DNA of 64,000 bases, taken from the sequence record LC739536.1, one strand, 5' to 3'. This document shows positions 45,245 to 55,591 of the stretch, piece by piece; the stretch's first letter is position 1, and the number at the start of each line of letters is the position of its first letter. The position numbers and the translations under genes are program-made. The notes beneath the pieces are model-generated. The model made no database searches and was not told the origin of the DNA. It saw only the letters and a list, made by a program, of their open reading frames with translations. This stretch comes from Escherichia phage phiWec187.

Positions 45245-45880
45245 ATGGGAATACCATTTGATTTAAAACTTGATGGTTCTAACGATTTAGTAATGGTGGA
45301 TGGTGATTTAACACTAACCACAACTAAAAGTGAAATTGCAGCACAGACGCTTGGAATAACACTTAGAACTTTCCGTGGAGAATGGTTCCTCAACTCTAAT
45401 TTTGGGGTTCCATATCTGCAAGAGATTATTGGTGTTGCCAAGAAGAAAGAGATTGTTGATCGCATTTTCTTATCAACTATCGCAAGTAATGTTTATATAG
45501 ATAATATTAATTCCTACACATCCTCTTATGATAGAGATGATAGGTATTACTCAATGAACGTTACTGTTACAGTTGGTGAACAAGTTGTTAGTGCTCTATT
45601 CAGTACACAGCCGTCTGAAGAATATATCTATCCAGAAGCTGGTGACGATAATGCAGCAATCACTTGTGAAGCATTTGAAATTGTTGAATCTGCAAATAGA
45701 CTCTATCGCTTTATTAACATTGTTGGTCTTCCTAAAGATACTTATTCTACTTGGTGGAATGAGTGGTCTAACGAGGCATTGATTGAAAAATACCTTGTTA
45801 ACGAAGCCAATAAAGGTCTTGCAACCAATTACAACTATACTATAACAGCAACAATGGGAGCTACAAATAATAATGGCTGA
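45245..45880 (+). CDS. putative baseplate wedge protein (gp25/gpW-like)
   Basis: LRTFRGEWFLNSNFGVPYL resembles the gp25-family core motif. Confidence 0.45.
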   Translation: MGIPFDLKLDGSNDLVMVDGDLTLTTTKSEIAAQTLGITLRTFRGEWFLNSNFGVPYLQEIIGVAKKKEIVDRIFLSTIASNVYIDNINSYTSSYDRDDRYYSMNVTVTVGEQVVSALFSTQPSEEYIYPEAGDDNAAITCEAFEIVESANRLYRFINIVGLPKDTYSTWWNEWSNEALIEKYLVNEANKGLATNYNYTITATMGATNNNG

Positions 45881-46346
45881 TTTAACTACAATCAAGGTGT
45901 CTGATCTACCTGTAACAACATCTGTTTCAGACACAGATTATTTTGTAACAGATCAATCAGGCATCACTAAGAAAACATCATTACGTGTTCTTCTTGCGGG
46001 TGCTGGTGTTACACGAAATCGTCTTTCTGCAAGGGGTACTGTTACAAACACCCTAGCTTTAGATATTAGCACGGCAGAGTATTTCTCTGCCACTTTATCT
46101 AGTCCAACTTGCAGTATTTCATTTAGTAATGTTCCAGTTACAACTAACATTGTTCAAAACTTTACGCTATCCCTACGTCAAGGCAGTGGAGCAAATAAAG
46201 TAACGTGGCCTCAATCTGTTAAATGGAGTTTTGGTCGCGCTCCTGTTTTGAGTTATAAACAGGGAGCTACAGATATTTTTGAATTTGTTAGTTATGATAA
46301 TGGAGCTACCTGGATAGGTAGTTTAGTGATGGCAGGAGTGATTTAA
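45873..46346 (+). CDS. hypothetical baseplate protein
   Basis: 157-aa ORF. Confidence 0.35.
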   Translation: MADLTTIKVSDLPVTTSVSDTDYFVTDQSGITKKTSLRVLLAGAGVTRNRLSARGTVTNTLALDISTAEYFSATLSSPTCSISFSNVPVTTNIVQNFTLSLRQGSGANKVTWPQSVKWSFGRAPVLSYKQGATDIFEFVSYDNGATWIGSLVMAGVI

Positions 46347-49222
46347 TGTCAAGAATTAAGCACAGAATTGACAATGTTTTTCAACTGATCGATGGACATA
46401 TTCAGTTCTTAGATCGTAATACAGGTTTAACTGTAGATCCTACAGTGCAACACTATGTATTAAACCCACAAAACGTTCTAGCTAATAACAGACACTTTAT
46501 AAACTGGACTGCTCAAGAAGGGCAACCAAACGGGGATGCTACAACAGAAGGTCAATCCGTGCTTATTCTTGGTTGCGCTTATGCATACCTAGCTTCCGGC
46601 GATACAAAGTATTTAGACTCTGCTAAAAAATATTGGCAAGCCTATATAGATTACTTCTTTGGTGGTCAACCTATCCCAGATCCGCCAGCAAAGTATCGCC
46701 CTAACTGGATTATTAACGGTAAAGAACCACGTCTTGCACATTATCCTCTTACAGATGATGGCTACCCTACACACGGAGGTTTTAAGGGTAGCTTAATGAC
46801 GTGGACTAACGGTAGAACAGTTATTCCTCATGGTGCTCCGCATTGGGGAGAATACCTTGACAAAGCATGGTTTGCTTTTAATGGTAATCTAGGATGGAAC
46901 TCTGTAAACGCTACAGTTTATGCTGTTAATGCAGATGGTACAACAGATTGGTCTAAGAAGGGAGATCAATGGGATGTTGATTGGATCATTGATCGTCTAG
47001 GACGTAAAGTTGATTGGGATGGAAATATCTTAGAAGAAGGTTTTCCAACATCTCAATACGGAACAGTTCAACTAAAAAATACTTCTGTAAATGGTACATA
47101 TAAATTTAACTATGCGACTTGTAACCCTGTTGAACACGGTGGTTATTTAATGGAGCGTAACACTATGTGGCATAACAGACCAGTTAACGTTCCGGTAGAA
47201 ATGGGCTTTCAGGATAATGCGTCAGATGCCGAAACTTGGTGGTGTGATGCTAATTACCTGATGTACCAAATTACAGGAGAAAGAAAATATTGGTTATGCT
47301 GGCAGTCTTCACTGTTAGTGTGTCAAGATTACTCAAACATTGATATGTTTGATAAATTCTTCCGTAAGTCTACATATGCAACTATTCCGTTTACAGATGG
47401 TATCTCTTACGATTATTCGTATCCATCTACAGCAATACCTAAATATTCAAGAGATACTTTAGGTTATATTGTTATTAGACAAGATGTTGCTGCTCAAACA
47501 ACATTAGAACAGCAATCCATTTGGTTTAAAGTTGATCAGAACTCTAAGTTACGAGTTCAGTTCCAAGGTGTAGATGACGCAGGACATGGTATCCTTTTCC
47601 GTCCAGAATTGAAGCTAAGTAATACCAAAGATGAAAATAACACAGTAACTTACCGTTGTGGCTTACCACTAGGTACAGCTAATATGACAAGCATGGATAT
47701 TCCATTATCCAGCTTTATGAGAAGTACCCCTCCAAATGGTGGAACATATATTATCGCAGATCCGCGAATTATTGTTGACTGGGGTGACAATACTGTGGTA
47801 CAATTTAAGTATGTAACAGGTATTACTGGAACTAATGATGACCAGATTGTTACTGCATCAATGGATACGGATGGTGGTGTCACTGTTGGTTTTTGGTTAA
47901 CCCCTACATCAAAAGCTAATGTTAAGTCTATCACATATAGAACATATGAAGATGACTTTAACATGACTATCACGGATGCTCAAGGTTGGAGATGGTGGGC
48001 TATGCTACCTAAAACGCAAGGAGCATGGAGTACGAAGACTTTATCAGCCTCTGATTTTAAGTTAAGTGCTTACCAGCCTAATCATCCAGAAACAGATCCT
48101 AAACCTTCAGCAATAAATCTTACTGCTGTAGATCAGGTAAATTTAGTTCTCGATACGGCTCCTGTCAATGGTTTAACAGGAACAATAGATTTCTATTGTA
48201 TTAACGATGTGCCTGAAAGATATTCGTCATCTTCTGGTGATGATTATACCATGTACTTCCGTATCACTGTACAGGCTTCAAGTCCTCATACTGCTAAGTT
48301 AGGTGATTGTACTATTATTGACTATAAGTTAAATAGTCTTAATTACACACCAGGAATAATTCCATTCTCTAATATCAGTGACCCAAACACTGCATTGTAT
48401 GATGGCTGGCGTGGTATTCCATACCCAGGATACCAATACCCTTCCTTATACTGTTTTGCAGGTAGAGATATTGATTGGACGCGTTTAAATAACAGTATCA
48501 ATTTCTTGTATGATTCTCAAATGTGGTTTTATAACACATTCGATCCTGTGATGCCTGGGCCTATGGCACAAGCGTATGTGTGGGATCGTTGGGATGCAAG
48601 AAAATACGGTGAACCAAATACGTTCACAATGAAACACTGGAATGAAAAAGCGTGGGATGGTTATGAAGCTCGTGCATTCTACTGTGCTTGTCATGCTGTA
48701 TACGAACTTGTACAAAGAGGAGAAACACCTCCTGAAAAACTAGTAACAGTTTGTAAAAATTGGATCAACTATCTTAAATGGTTCCAAGACAATAATGATG
48801 GAAGAACACCAACTATCTTTAACCCAGATGGTACAGTTCTTGCGCCTATAGATGACTTTACTAGTCATATGTCTGCACTGTTTATGGCGGGTTGTTCAAT
48901 CATGGGCTTGGCAGGTTATGATTCACAAATTCCAAACATTGGTATTGTAGCAGACAGATGTTTTGATCTGATTCAGCAAAACTATATTGTGCTTTCCCCT
49001 AACCATCCGATGAATGGTTCCTGGAGTGTTGCACCACGCCCAGATTCAGATAACGGAATGTTCTTTGGTTTCCATGCTGGAGAACTATTACGTGGTTTTG
49101 GTTTATATGCCTTGTATCGTAAACTAAACCCTCAAAACGCTTTACCAATTTTGGATAATAGTAACATACCAACACTAACTGTTCTAACTATGAATGATAT
49201 TAGTGTTGATGTAACCAAATAA
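46346..49222 (+). CDS. large structural protein, function unknown
   Basis: 958 aa inside baseplate/fibre module; Trp/Tyr-rich. Confidence 0.4.
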   Translation: MSRIKHRIDNVFQLIDGHIQFLDRNTGLTVDPTVQHYVLNPQNVLANNRHFINWTAQEGQPNGDATTEGQSVLILGCAYAYLASGDTKYLDSAKKYWQAYIDYFFGGQPIPDPPAKYRPNWIINGKEPRLAHYPLTDDGYPTHGGFKGSLMTWTNGRTVIPHGAPHWGEYLDKAWFAFNGNLGWNSVNATVYAVNADGTTDWSKKGDQWDVDWIIDRLGRKVDWDGNILEEGFPTSQYGTVQLKNTSVNGTYKFNYATCNPVEHGGYLMERNTMWHNRPVNVPVEMGFQDNASDAETWWCDANYLMYQITGERKYWLCWQSSLLVCQDYSNIDMFDKFFRKSTYATIPFTDGISYDYSYPSTAIPKYSRDTLGYIVIRQDVAAQTTLEQQSIWFKVDQNSKLRVQFQGVDDAGHGILFRPELKLSNTKDENNTVTYRCGLPLGTANMTSMDIPLSSFMRSTPPNGGTYIIADPRIIVDWGDNTVVQFKYVTGITGTNDDQIVTASMDTDGGVTVGFWLTPTSKANVKSITYRTYEDDFNMTITDAQGWRWWAMLPKTQGAWSTKTLSASDFKLSAYQPNHPETDPKPSAINLTAVDQVNLVLDTAPVNGLTGTIDFYCINDVPERYSSSSGDDYTMYFRITVQASSPHTAKLGDCTIIDYKLNSLNYTPGIIPFSNISDPNTALYDGWRGIPYPGYQYPSLYCFAGRDIDWTRLNNSINFLYDSQMWFYNTFDPVMPGPMAQAYVWDRWDARKYGEPNTFTMKHWNEKAWDGYEARAFYCACHAVYELVQRGETPPEKLVTVCKNWINYLKWFQDNNDGRTPTIFNPDGTVLAPIDDFTSHMSALFMAGCSIMGLAGYDSQIPNIGIVADRCFDLIQQNYIVLSPNHPMNGSWSVAPRPDSDNGMFFGFHAGELLRGFGLYALYRKLNPQNALPILDNSNIPTLTVLTMNDISVDVTK

Positions 49223-49230
49223 GGAAAATA

Positions 49231-51306
49231 ATGAAACAGGCTATTTTTACTGTAACTCGAAATACGAGAGTAAATGCCAGTTCATTCAGCTATAAGACCG
49301 TCGATGGAACGGCGGTCGCTGGTAGAGATTATGTAGCTAAACAGGGAACAGTAACGTTCCCTTCTGATGCAGATTCTGCTACTGTAGTGGTTGATGTATA
49401 TGAACGCCCGGCAAACTCTTTAGATCTTTATTTTACTCTTGAGATTACTAGCATAAGTCAAAATAACATGATGATCAATGAAGAAATTCGTTGTGTTATT
49501 ACGACTAATCAATCGAATACAACCCCGCTAACTTGGCCTGTTGTGAAGTCTAGAATGTTTGATCCTAAGTTTTGGACAATAGATTCTCAAGCAACAGAAA
49601 GTTGTTCTATTATCTCTAATGGTGATTCTTTCACAGCAAGAATGGTTAATAGGACAGTGGCTGGTCTTGCTGGGATTATTTGGTCAACTTACGATAAATA
49701 TGATCACAAAGGATTAGGCTACCAAGAACATTCTGATTTAAGTAAAGAAAAACTTTGGTTTAAAATGGAACTTAGTCAAGGTGTTCCTGGATTAAAAGAA
49801 GAAAAATTAATGCCATCCTTAACAGTGACACTGAAGGATGAAACAGTTCATTATATATCTCTAAACTTTTATGCAGAAGAAGTTTCAGAGGACGGTAAAA
49901 CAGCAATAATCAAATTAGATTTCTCAAATTTAAAATCTGGGCCAGAAAATGATATTGTTGTTGACACTACACAGATAGATAACATGTTCTTCTCCTTGAT
50001 TTCCGCAAGGTATCAAGAAATTGAAGATGTTATACCAGTAGACAATATAGATCTTTCCTTTAAGTTTACCATACTAGAGCCTGATACTGGTTACAGTATG
50101 ATGAATATGGGTAATTTAAATGTTCCGGCGCACACCATAAGAATGTGTACATCTTATGATGATATGTATAACCTAACCCCAGAGCGAGTTATTTCTAACA
50201 CCTATAGATTAGGTTATAGAGATATGATTAACCATTATAATGGTATGTCACACTATTATCAATTTAGTTGGGATGCTGGATCTAATAAATGGGCTTTGAA
50301 CAGAACAGAATATTTAAACCCAGCAACAGAGGCCTGGTTTGATAATTTCCACGCTAATGCAAAAGCTATGGGCTACACAGTAATGAACTCCTTAAGTTTT
50401 GAAATTATGAGTACAGTGTGTCCTGTAGAATGGGTACAACATACTTGGAATGATGATCTGGCTGCTACAGGTTATGAGCCACCAAGTTATGTTTTATCTC
50501 CTTCAATTGATGAAGGGATGAATTATTTACAAGGTGTAATAAATAAGATAGCTTCTATATCCGCTGCTAATGATCTTCCGGTTATTATTCAGGTTGGTGA
50601 ACCGTGGTGGTGGTATAACACAGCTACCAATCTCCCGTGTATTTATGATTATGCAACCAAAGTTGCATTTAATAATGAAACTGGATTATATGCACAAGAT
50701 GTTGGTACAGTTAAGAATTATAAAACTGGTACACCATATGATGAATATTATGCATTCTTATCTAAAACATTAGGACTGCGTGTTGCTAAATTTGCAACAG
50801 ATACTAGATTAGCATATCCTGGAGCAAAAGTTACATTGTTACCATTTGTACCATCCATCTTAGGTAACGGTATGATGGAATTTGTTAACTTCCCTAAAGA
50901 TTATTATATCCCAGAAAACTTTGACTTTTATTGTTCAGAATGTTATGACTGGTTGTTGGAAGGTCAGATGGAAAGATCTTTCGATGCTATCACAATACCT
51001 AATGAACAATTAGGTTTTAGTTATGATAAGATACATTATCTTGCAGGGTTTGTTCCAGATGCAACTCTAGCACCATTATATGGCTTTGATCCTGAATCAG
51101 ACTACAGAACATATTTGTGGAAAATGATTATAGGTAATATTGTATTGAATGACCAGAGGTTTGTTGGTTTGTATCAATACATATGGGCTTATCCACAAAT
51201 TATGGCAGATTCATTAACTGTTCTTAATTCAAAATCCCAAGTTTTTTATATGGGTAACGTACCTCTGAATGTCTTTTTACAAGATACAGTATATGTTTCT
51301 TCTTAA
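49231..51306 (+). CDS. large structural protein, function unknown
   Basis: 691-aa ORF following the 958-aa gene. Confidence 0.4.
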   Translation: MKQAIFTVTRNTRVNASSFSYKTVDGTAVAGRDYVAKQGTVTFPSDADSATVVVDVYERPANSLDLYFTLEITSISQNNMMINEEIRCVITTNQSNTTPLTWPVVKSRMFDPKFWTIDSQATESCSIISNGDSFTARMVNRTVAGLAGIIWSTYDKYDHKGLGYQEHSDLSKEKLWFKMELSQGVPGLKEEKLMPSLTVTLKDETVHYISLNFYAEEVSEDGKTAIIKLDFSNLKSGPENDIVVDTTQIDNMFFSLISARYQEIEDVIPVDNIDLSFKFTILEPDTGYSMMNMGNLNVPAHTIRMCTSYDDMYNLTPERVISNTYRLGYRDMINHYNGMSHYYQFSWDAGSNKWALNRTEYLNPATEAWFDNFHANAKAMGYTVMNSLSFEIMSTVCPVEWVQHTWNDDLAATGYEPPSYVLSPSIDEGMNYLQGVINKIASISAANDLPVIIQVGEPWWWYNTATNLPCIYDYATKVAFNNETGLYAQDVGTVKNYKTGTPYDEYYAFLSKTLGLRVAKFATDTRLAYPGAKVTLLPFVPSILGNGMMEFVNFPKDYYIPENFDFYCSECYDWLLEGQMERSFDAITIPNEQLGFSYDKIHYLAGFVPDATLAPLYGFDPESDYRTYLWKMIIGNIVLNDQRFVGLYQYIWAYPQIMADSLTVLNSKSQVFYMGNVPLNVFLQDTVYVSS

Positions 51307-51317
51307 GGATCTCTAGT

Positions 51318-51563
51318 ATGAGAAAATTTTTAATAGGTATGTTTTGTACATATCCTGATAATAAAGTCAGTTCTACTAAAGTTTGGAATGCTATTGGTAT
51401 GATTGTTATGTCCAGTATGTTTATTTATTTGGGAATTGATAAAGAAATTCCTGAATGGATGGGCTGGGCTTTTGTTTTTATGATCACACCATCCAGACTG
51501 ATGAAGAATTTAATAGATTTACGTTGGGGCAGATCACCTGCCCCTGATAAGGAGGATAACTAA
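51318..51563 (+). CDS. small membrane protein
   Basis: 81 aa, two hydrophobic segments, charged C-terminus; embedded among baseplate genes. Confidence 0.35.
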   Translation: MRKFLIGMFCTYPDNKVSSTKVWNAIGMIVMSSMFIYLGIDKEIPEWMGWAFVFMITPSRLMKNLIDLRWGRSPAPDKEDN

Positions 51564-53050
51564 TGGCAGATTATGGTTTAACAGATGCTGGTTTTGTCAT
51601 TCCAACGTTTGATGATATTTTAAATAATTATATGACAGCATTGAAAAACACTTTCGGTGCAGATACAGCTACATCTGAAGATACTGTCTTTGGTCAACTG
51701 TTTCGTATTATTGCATATACAGATTACACCCTTTGGGAAGGTATGCAAGGTGTTTACAATACCCAAACCTTAGATGGTGCAGAAGGTATTTATCTTGATG
51801 AAATTTTCTCTAAAAGGGGTTTTTATCGTAAAGCTGCTTCTGCTGGTAGTGGTTATGCTTATGTTAAATCTAACAATAAGGCAGCTTGGACTTATGAGCT
51901 AAGCACAGATGTTTATTTTAATGCCGATAACGATTTGACATATTATGTCAGTGCACCAACAATGTTGAATGCTAAGATTGGAGCATATACCATTTCTAAA
52001 GCAAACGCAACAGCTTCTGGTGAAACTTCTATTACTTTCTACATTCAAAGTGCTATTGACGGTGGTCTTAACAGTAAAACACTAAGTCCTAGCAATACAA
52101 ACTTTATTTTAGATCTCACGAATTTCATTAAAGCTAACGTATCAACAACAGATCGTGCTTTAGTATGGAATGATGCTAGTAATGTTTACATGGGTTATAA
52201 TCCAGAAGATAATGTTAACCCAATAGGTTTAGTAACACCAGTGAAATTTTACGCATCTATTGCAATAGGTACAAAATGGAGTGAAATTCCAGTTACGTGT
52301 TCAGACGTTGGTTATAATCCAGTAGGTACAGAAAGTATCACAGGTATTTCTTCAACGTTTACAGGCTTTTTAGATACAGGTAACTTCTATCCATTCTCTC
52401 CAGGTACAGATGTTGAAACAGATGCAGAATTCCGTTCTCGTTTCAATGATAATATGGATGAAGCTAATGCTGCTACTCGTGCTGCTATTGTTAAAGCTCT
52501 GCTACTGACAGATGGTGTGACAAAGGTTAAGATTTATGATAACCCTACATTACATGATCAGGAACATGCTCCAGCTATGACATTCCAGACTATTGTGTAT
52601 GGTGGTACAGCAGAAGAAGTTGCACAGGTTATTTATAATACTAAACCTATTAACACCTTAACCTATGGTACAACAGCAATTACTATCGTAACAGAAGATG
52701 GCGGTCAAGAAGTAATTCGTTTTTCTCCTGGTGACAATGCTGAATATTCACTTAAACTGATATATCAAACTGGCAATGGTAGTGTGTTAAGTACAACAGA
52801 AAGAGAAAATATTGTTTCTGCTCTTTCAAACCTACAGGCTTATTTTGAGTTAGGGTCAACAGTAACTAACGATCAGATAAAAGGTGTAATTTATTCTGCA
52901 CTTGCGTTCGGACGCTTGACTTCTCTCCGTGTTTATGTTAAACTTAATACTGAGGATGACAGTAAATATAATGAGGGAGATATCACTCCAGCGTACAATG
53001 TTGTACCATCCTTTGACCTTGATAATATTTCCTACGAGTACGGAGTCTAA
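51563..53050 (+). CDS. putative baseplate J-like protein
   Basis: 495 aa; position before I-like and fibre genes. Confidence 0.35.
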   Translation: MADYGLTDAGFVIPTFDDILNNYMTALKNTFGADTATSEDTVFGQLFRIIAYTDYTLWEGMQGVYNTQTLDGAEGIYLDEIFSKRGFYRKAASAGSGYAYVKSNNKAAWTYELSTDVYFNADNDLTYYVSAPTMLNAKIGAYTISKANATASGETSITFYIQSAIDGGLNSKTLSPSNTNFILDLTNFIKANVSTTDRALVWNDASNVYMGYNPEDNVNPIGLVTPVKFYASIAIGTKWSEIPVTCSDVGYNPVGTESITGISSTFTGFLDTGNFYPFSPGTDVETDAEFRSRFNDNMDEANAATRAAIVKALLLTDGVTKVKIYDNPTLHDQEHAPAMTFQTIVYGGTAEEVAQVIYNTKPINTLTYGTTAITIVTEDGGQEVIRFSPGDNAEYSLKLIYQTGNGSVLSTTERENIVSALSNLQAYFELGSTVTNDQIKGVIYSALAFGRLTSLRVYVKLNTEDDSKYNEGDITPAYNVVPSFDLDNISYEYGV

Positions 53051-53052
53051 AA

Positions 53053-53682
53053 ATGGCAGTGAGTGTTGACCATGTGACAACGTGGGATAGTATCAATGAA
53101 GATGTTAAAGACCTACTGATTGAAGATTTTAAATCTTCTCCGAACATTGTCAAACTACTCTATATCATTTCTAGCGAAAAACAAAAGATAGATCAGGCAA
53201 TGATCTATCTTGCCAAACACCGCTTGATCTCTACTGCAACTGGTAAGTATTTAGATCTTATTGGTGAAGAGATGGGGATGGAAAGAAATGGTGCTACAGA
53301 TGAAGAGTATCGTACAATATTAAAAATCAGGGCTTATCGTGTTGCGTCTTCTGGTACGCGAGATGATATCATTGATATGTTCGCTCGTTTTACAGGAACA
53401 GAAAAAGAAACGATCAATACATACGTTGGATTAAATAAAACATTCGACGTATTCTTTTATAATTTGTGTCTACAATCCGATCAGGCAGTAGCACAGTTAC
53501 TTAACGTTTTCCCGATCCTAAGTAGTTATCGCTTAGGTGCGAAAGCGGGTTCAGCCTTTGGTTTCACTTCCTATTATGCCACAACTCCACCTCATGGCAT
53601 AGGTGGTTTAGGTTCTCTTTACACAGAGGCTGAAGGAGATGATACAGGGCGAATGACTATGCTGATAGCTCAAATAGAATAA
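53053..53682 (+). CDS. putative baseplate/tail protein (gpI-like position)
   Basis: 209-aa ORF following J-like gene. Confidence 0.3.
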   Translation: MAVSVDHVTTWDSINEDVKDLLIEDFKSSPNIVKLLYIISSEKQKIDQAMIYLAKHRLISTATGKYLDLIGEEMGMERNGATDEEYRTILKIRAYRVASSGTRDDIIDMFARFTGTEKETINTYVGLNKTFDVFFYNLCLQSDQAVAQLLNVFPILSSYRLGAKAGSAFGFTSYYATTPPHGIGGLGSLYTEAEGDDTGRMTMLIAQIE

Positions 53683-53695
53683 GGAGTTACCCTTA

Positions 53696-54676
53696 ATGGC
53701 AAAGCCACAATACTACCCTGACTGGGCGACACAAACAGTAACCCTCCCAGGAACGGGAAACACAAACAAGATTAGACCAAAAGAAACCATCCGTAATGTT
53801 GGTATGGACTTTGGTCAGATTATGACTTGTGAAGAAATGAACTGGATCTTAAACAATATTGGGTCTTGGATTCGCTATATGCAAGATGAATTCTTCCCAA
53901 CATTGCCTACTACATATCTTCCTATAGTCGGTACTAAAATTACAATGGCAGGTGATGCTACAGGTGAAGTTACATGGAATGGTAATGCTGCTGTAACATT
54001 ATCTATTCAAGTAGTAGATAACAGTCATAATCACTTATCAGCTAACATTACAGACGCAACATCGAACCAAGTTGTAGGAAATGTCCTTGTTAAGCGTGAT
54101 AATGGTGGTGCTATCTATGCAGGTGATATTTACACTTGTGGTACAGGTGCTACAGATCCTGCAACATTATTTTTTAGAAACTATAATGGACAAACAGTAG
54201 GCAATATGTCTTCTGAACCAGGTGCAGGTGGTCAACTCTATATTTATAGAATAAATCCATCTACTGGAGGAACATCTTGTGGAGTCCGTTTGTATGATGC
54301 AGGTTATGTTTTAATAGACAATCCTCGTTCTAATTCTGGTCAAGATACTGGCAATGGTAATGCTCTTGTAAGATTAGATTATCTTAACTCAAGACTAAAC
54401 TCATTGCAAAGTACACTGCAAAATAATATTAACAACGTTAATAGCAACTTGCAAGGCCAAATTAATAACATTAACAATAGAGTTTCTTCTGTTGTGTCTT
54501 CTATCCGTCTAGGTACACGTATTAAAGCTGGTGTATCTGAATCTCCTTTCTATGCTGGTCACGTGATCACAGGTTGGGGTTTTGGTGATAAGAAAGAACT
54601 TCGTGGTGCTTGGTATTGGTCTGCTCCGCTACAATATTACATTAATGGTAGGTGGATAACAGTAACCAACGTTTAG
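53696..54676 (+). CDS. putative tail fibre protein
   Basis: 326 aa with Asn/Gln/Leu-rich coiled-coil and Gly-rich beta region. Confidence 0.4.
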   Translation: MAKPQYYPDWATQTVTLPGTGNTNKIRPKETIRNVGMDFGQIMTCEEMNWILNNIGSWIRYMQDEFFPTLPTTYLPIVGTKITMAGDATGEVTWNGNAAVTLSIQVVDNSHNHLSANITDATSNQVVGNVLVKRDNGGAIYAGDIYTCGTGATDPATLFFRNYNGQTVGNMSSEPGAGGQLYIYRINPSTGGTSCGVRLYDAGYVLIDNPRSNSGQDTGNGNALVRLDYLNSRLNSLQSTLQNNINNVNSNLQGQINNINNRVSSVVSSIRLGTRIKAGVSESPFYAGHVITGWGFGDKKELRGAWYWSAPLQYYINGRWITVTNV

Positions 54677-54688
54677 TAAGGAGAACAC

Positions 54689-55240
54689 ATGAAAAAAGAT
54701 GTTATTTACACTGGCTTTGAACTATATCAACCAGAATTGACAGAAGAAAATGTCATCTATCTTTCAATAGGTGCTGGTTTTCTTAAAGATAAAGATGGTA
54801 ATGATTGGTACGAAATTCAGAAATATTTATCCAAAAATTACCCTGATGCCTATTTCTTAACTCTAGATCACAACAATGTAGTTGTTGCAGCTACGAAAGA
54901 TGTTTCTACATATTTTCCCGCTGGTCTTACTGTTCTTGTAACATACAATGTTCCAGATAAAATAGAAGAAGAAAGCAACCTAGGGTCGTGGAGATATGAC
55001 AATGGTAAGTTTATTTCTCATAATGGGTTTGCAATAGAAGATGCCAACCTTAAAATGGAAAAAGAATTAACTTGGGCCACAAATCAAATATCTGCAATTC
55101 AAGATTTAGAGGAATTACAAGGTTTATCTGAAGAACAAAAAGATTGGTTAGGAAAAGTTAAACTCTATCGTGCAACATTAATTCAAATTAACGTTGAAGA
55201 TGCACCTAATATAACTTGGCCTACAAGACCTAAGAAATAG
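54689..55240 (+). CDS. putative tail fibre assembly protein
   Basis: 183 aa immediately after fibre gene. Confidence 0.35.
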   Translation: MKKDVIYTGFELYQPELTEENVIYLSIGAGFLKDKDGNDWYEIQKYLSKNYPDAYFLTLDHNNVVVAATKDVSTYFPAGLTVLVTYNVPDKIEEESNLGSWRYDNGKFISHNGFAIEDANLKMEKELTWATNQISAIQDLEELQGLSEEQKDWLGKVKLYRATLIQINVEDAPNITWPTRPKK

Positions 55241-55249
55241 GGGCAATGT

Positions 55250-55591
55250 ATGGAGCTAACAGAAGTATGGGATATCGCTAAAGAGGCGATTATCCCTCTT
55301 ATTGGCGTAATCTGGGTGGTCTTCAAACAGAAGATAGATGATATGGCAAGTGATTTGGATAAAATGGAAGACAAATACCGCGAACTAGAAAAGAAGTTGG
55401 TGTTTGTTGAATCCACTTATGCTACCAAAGCAGAACTTGCTCAAATGCTTAACCAGATCAACTCTACATTAATGGCAAATAATACTGCCTTAGAACAGAA
55501 GATTGAAAAAATAATGGATTTAAAAAATGCTCCTGTTCAATTAATGCTAGAGGAGATTACAAAGCGCACACAAAGTAAGGACAAAAATTAA
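55250..55591 (+). CDS. hypothetical membrane-anchored coiled-coil protein
   Basis: 113 aa; N-terminal hydrophobic segment then coiled-coil. Confidence 0.35.
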   Translation: MELTEVWDIAKEAIIPLIGVIWVVFKQKIDDMASDLDKMEDKYRELEKKLVFVESTYATKAELAQMLNQINSTLMANNTALEQKIEKIMDLKNAPVQLMLEEITKRTQSKDKN

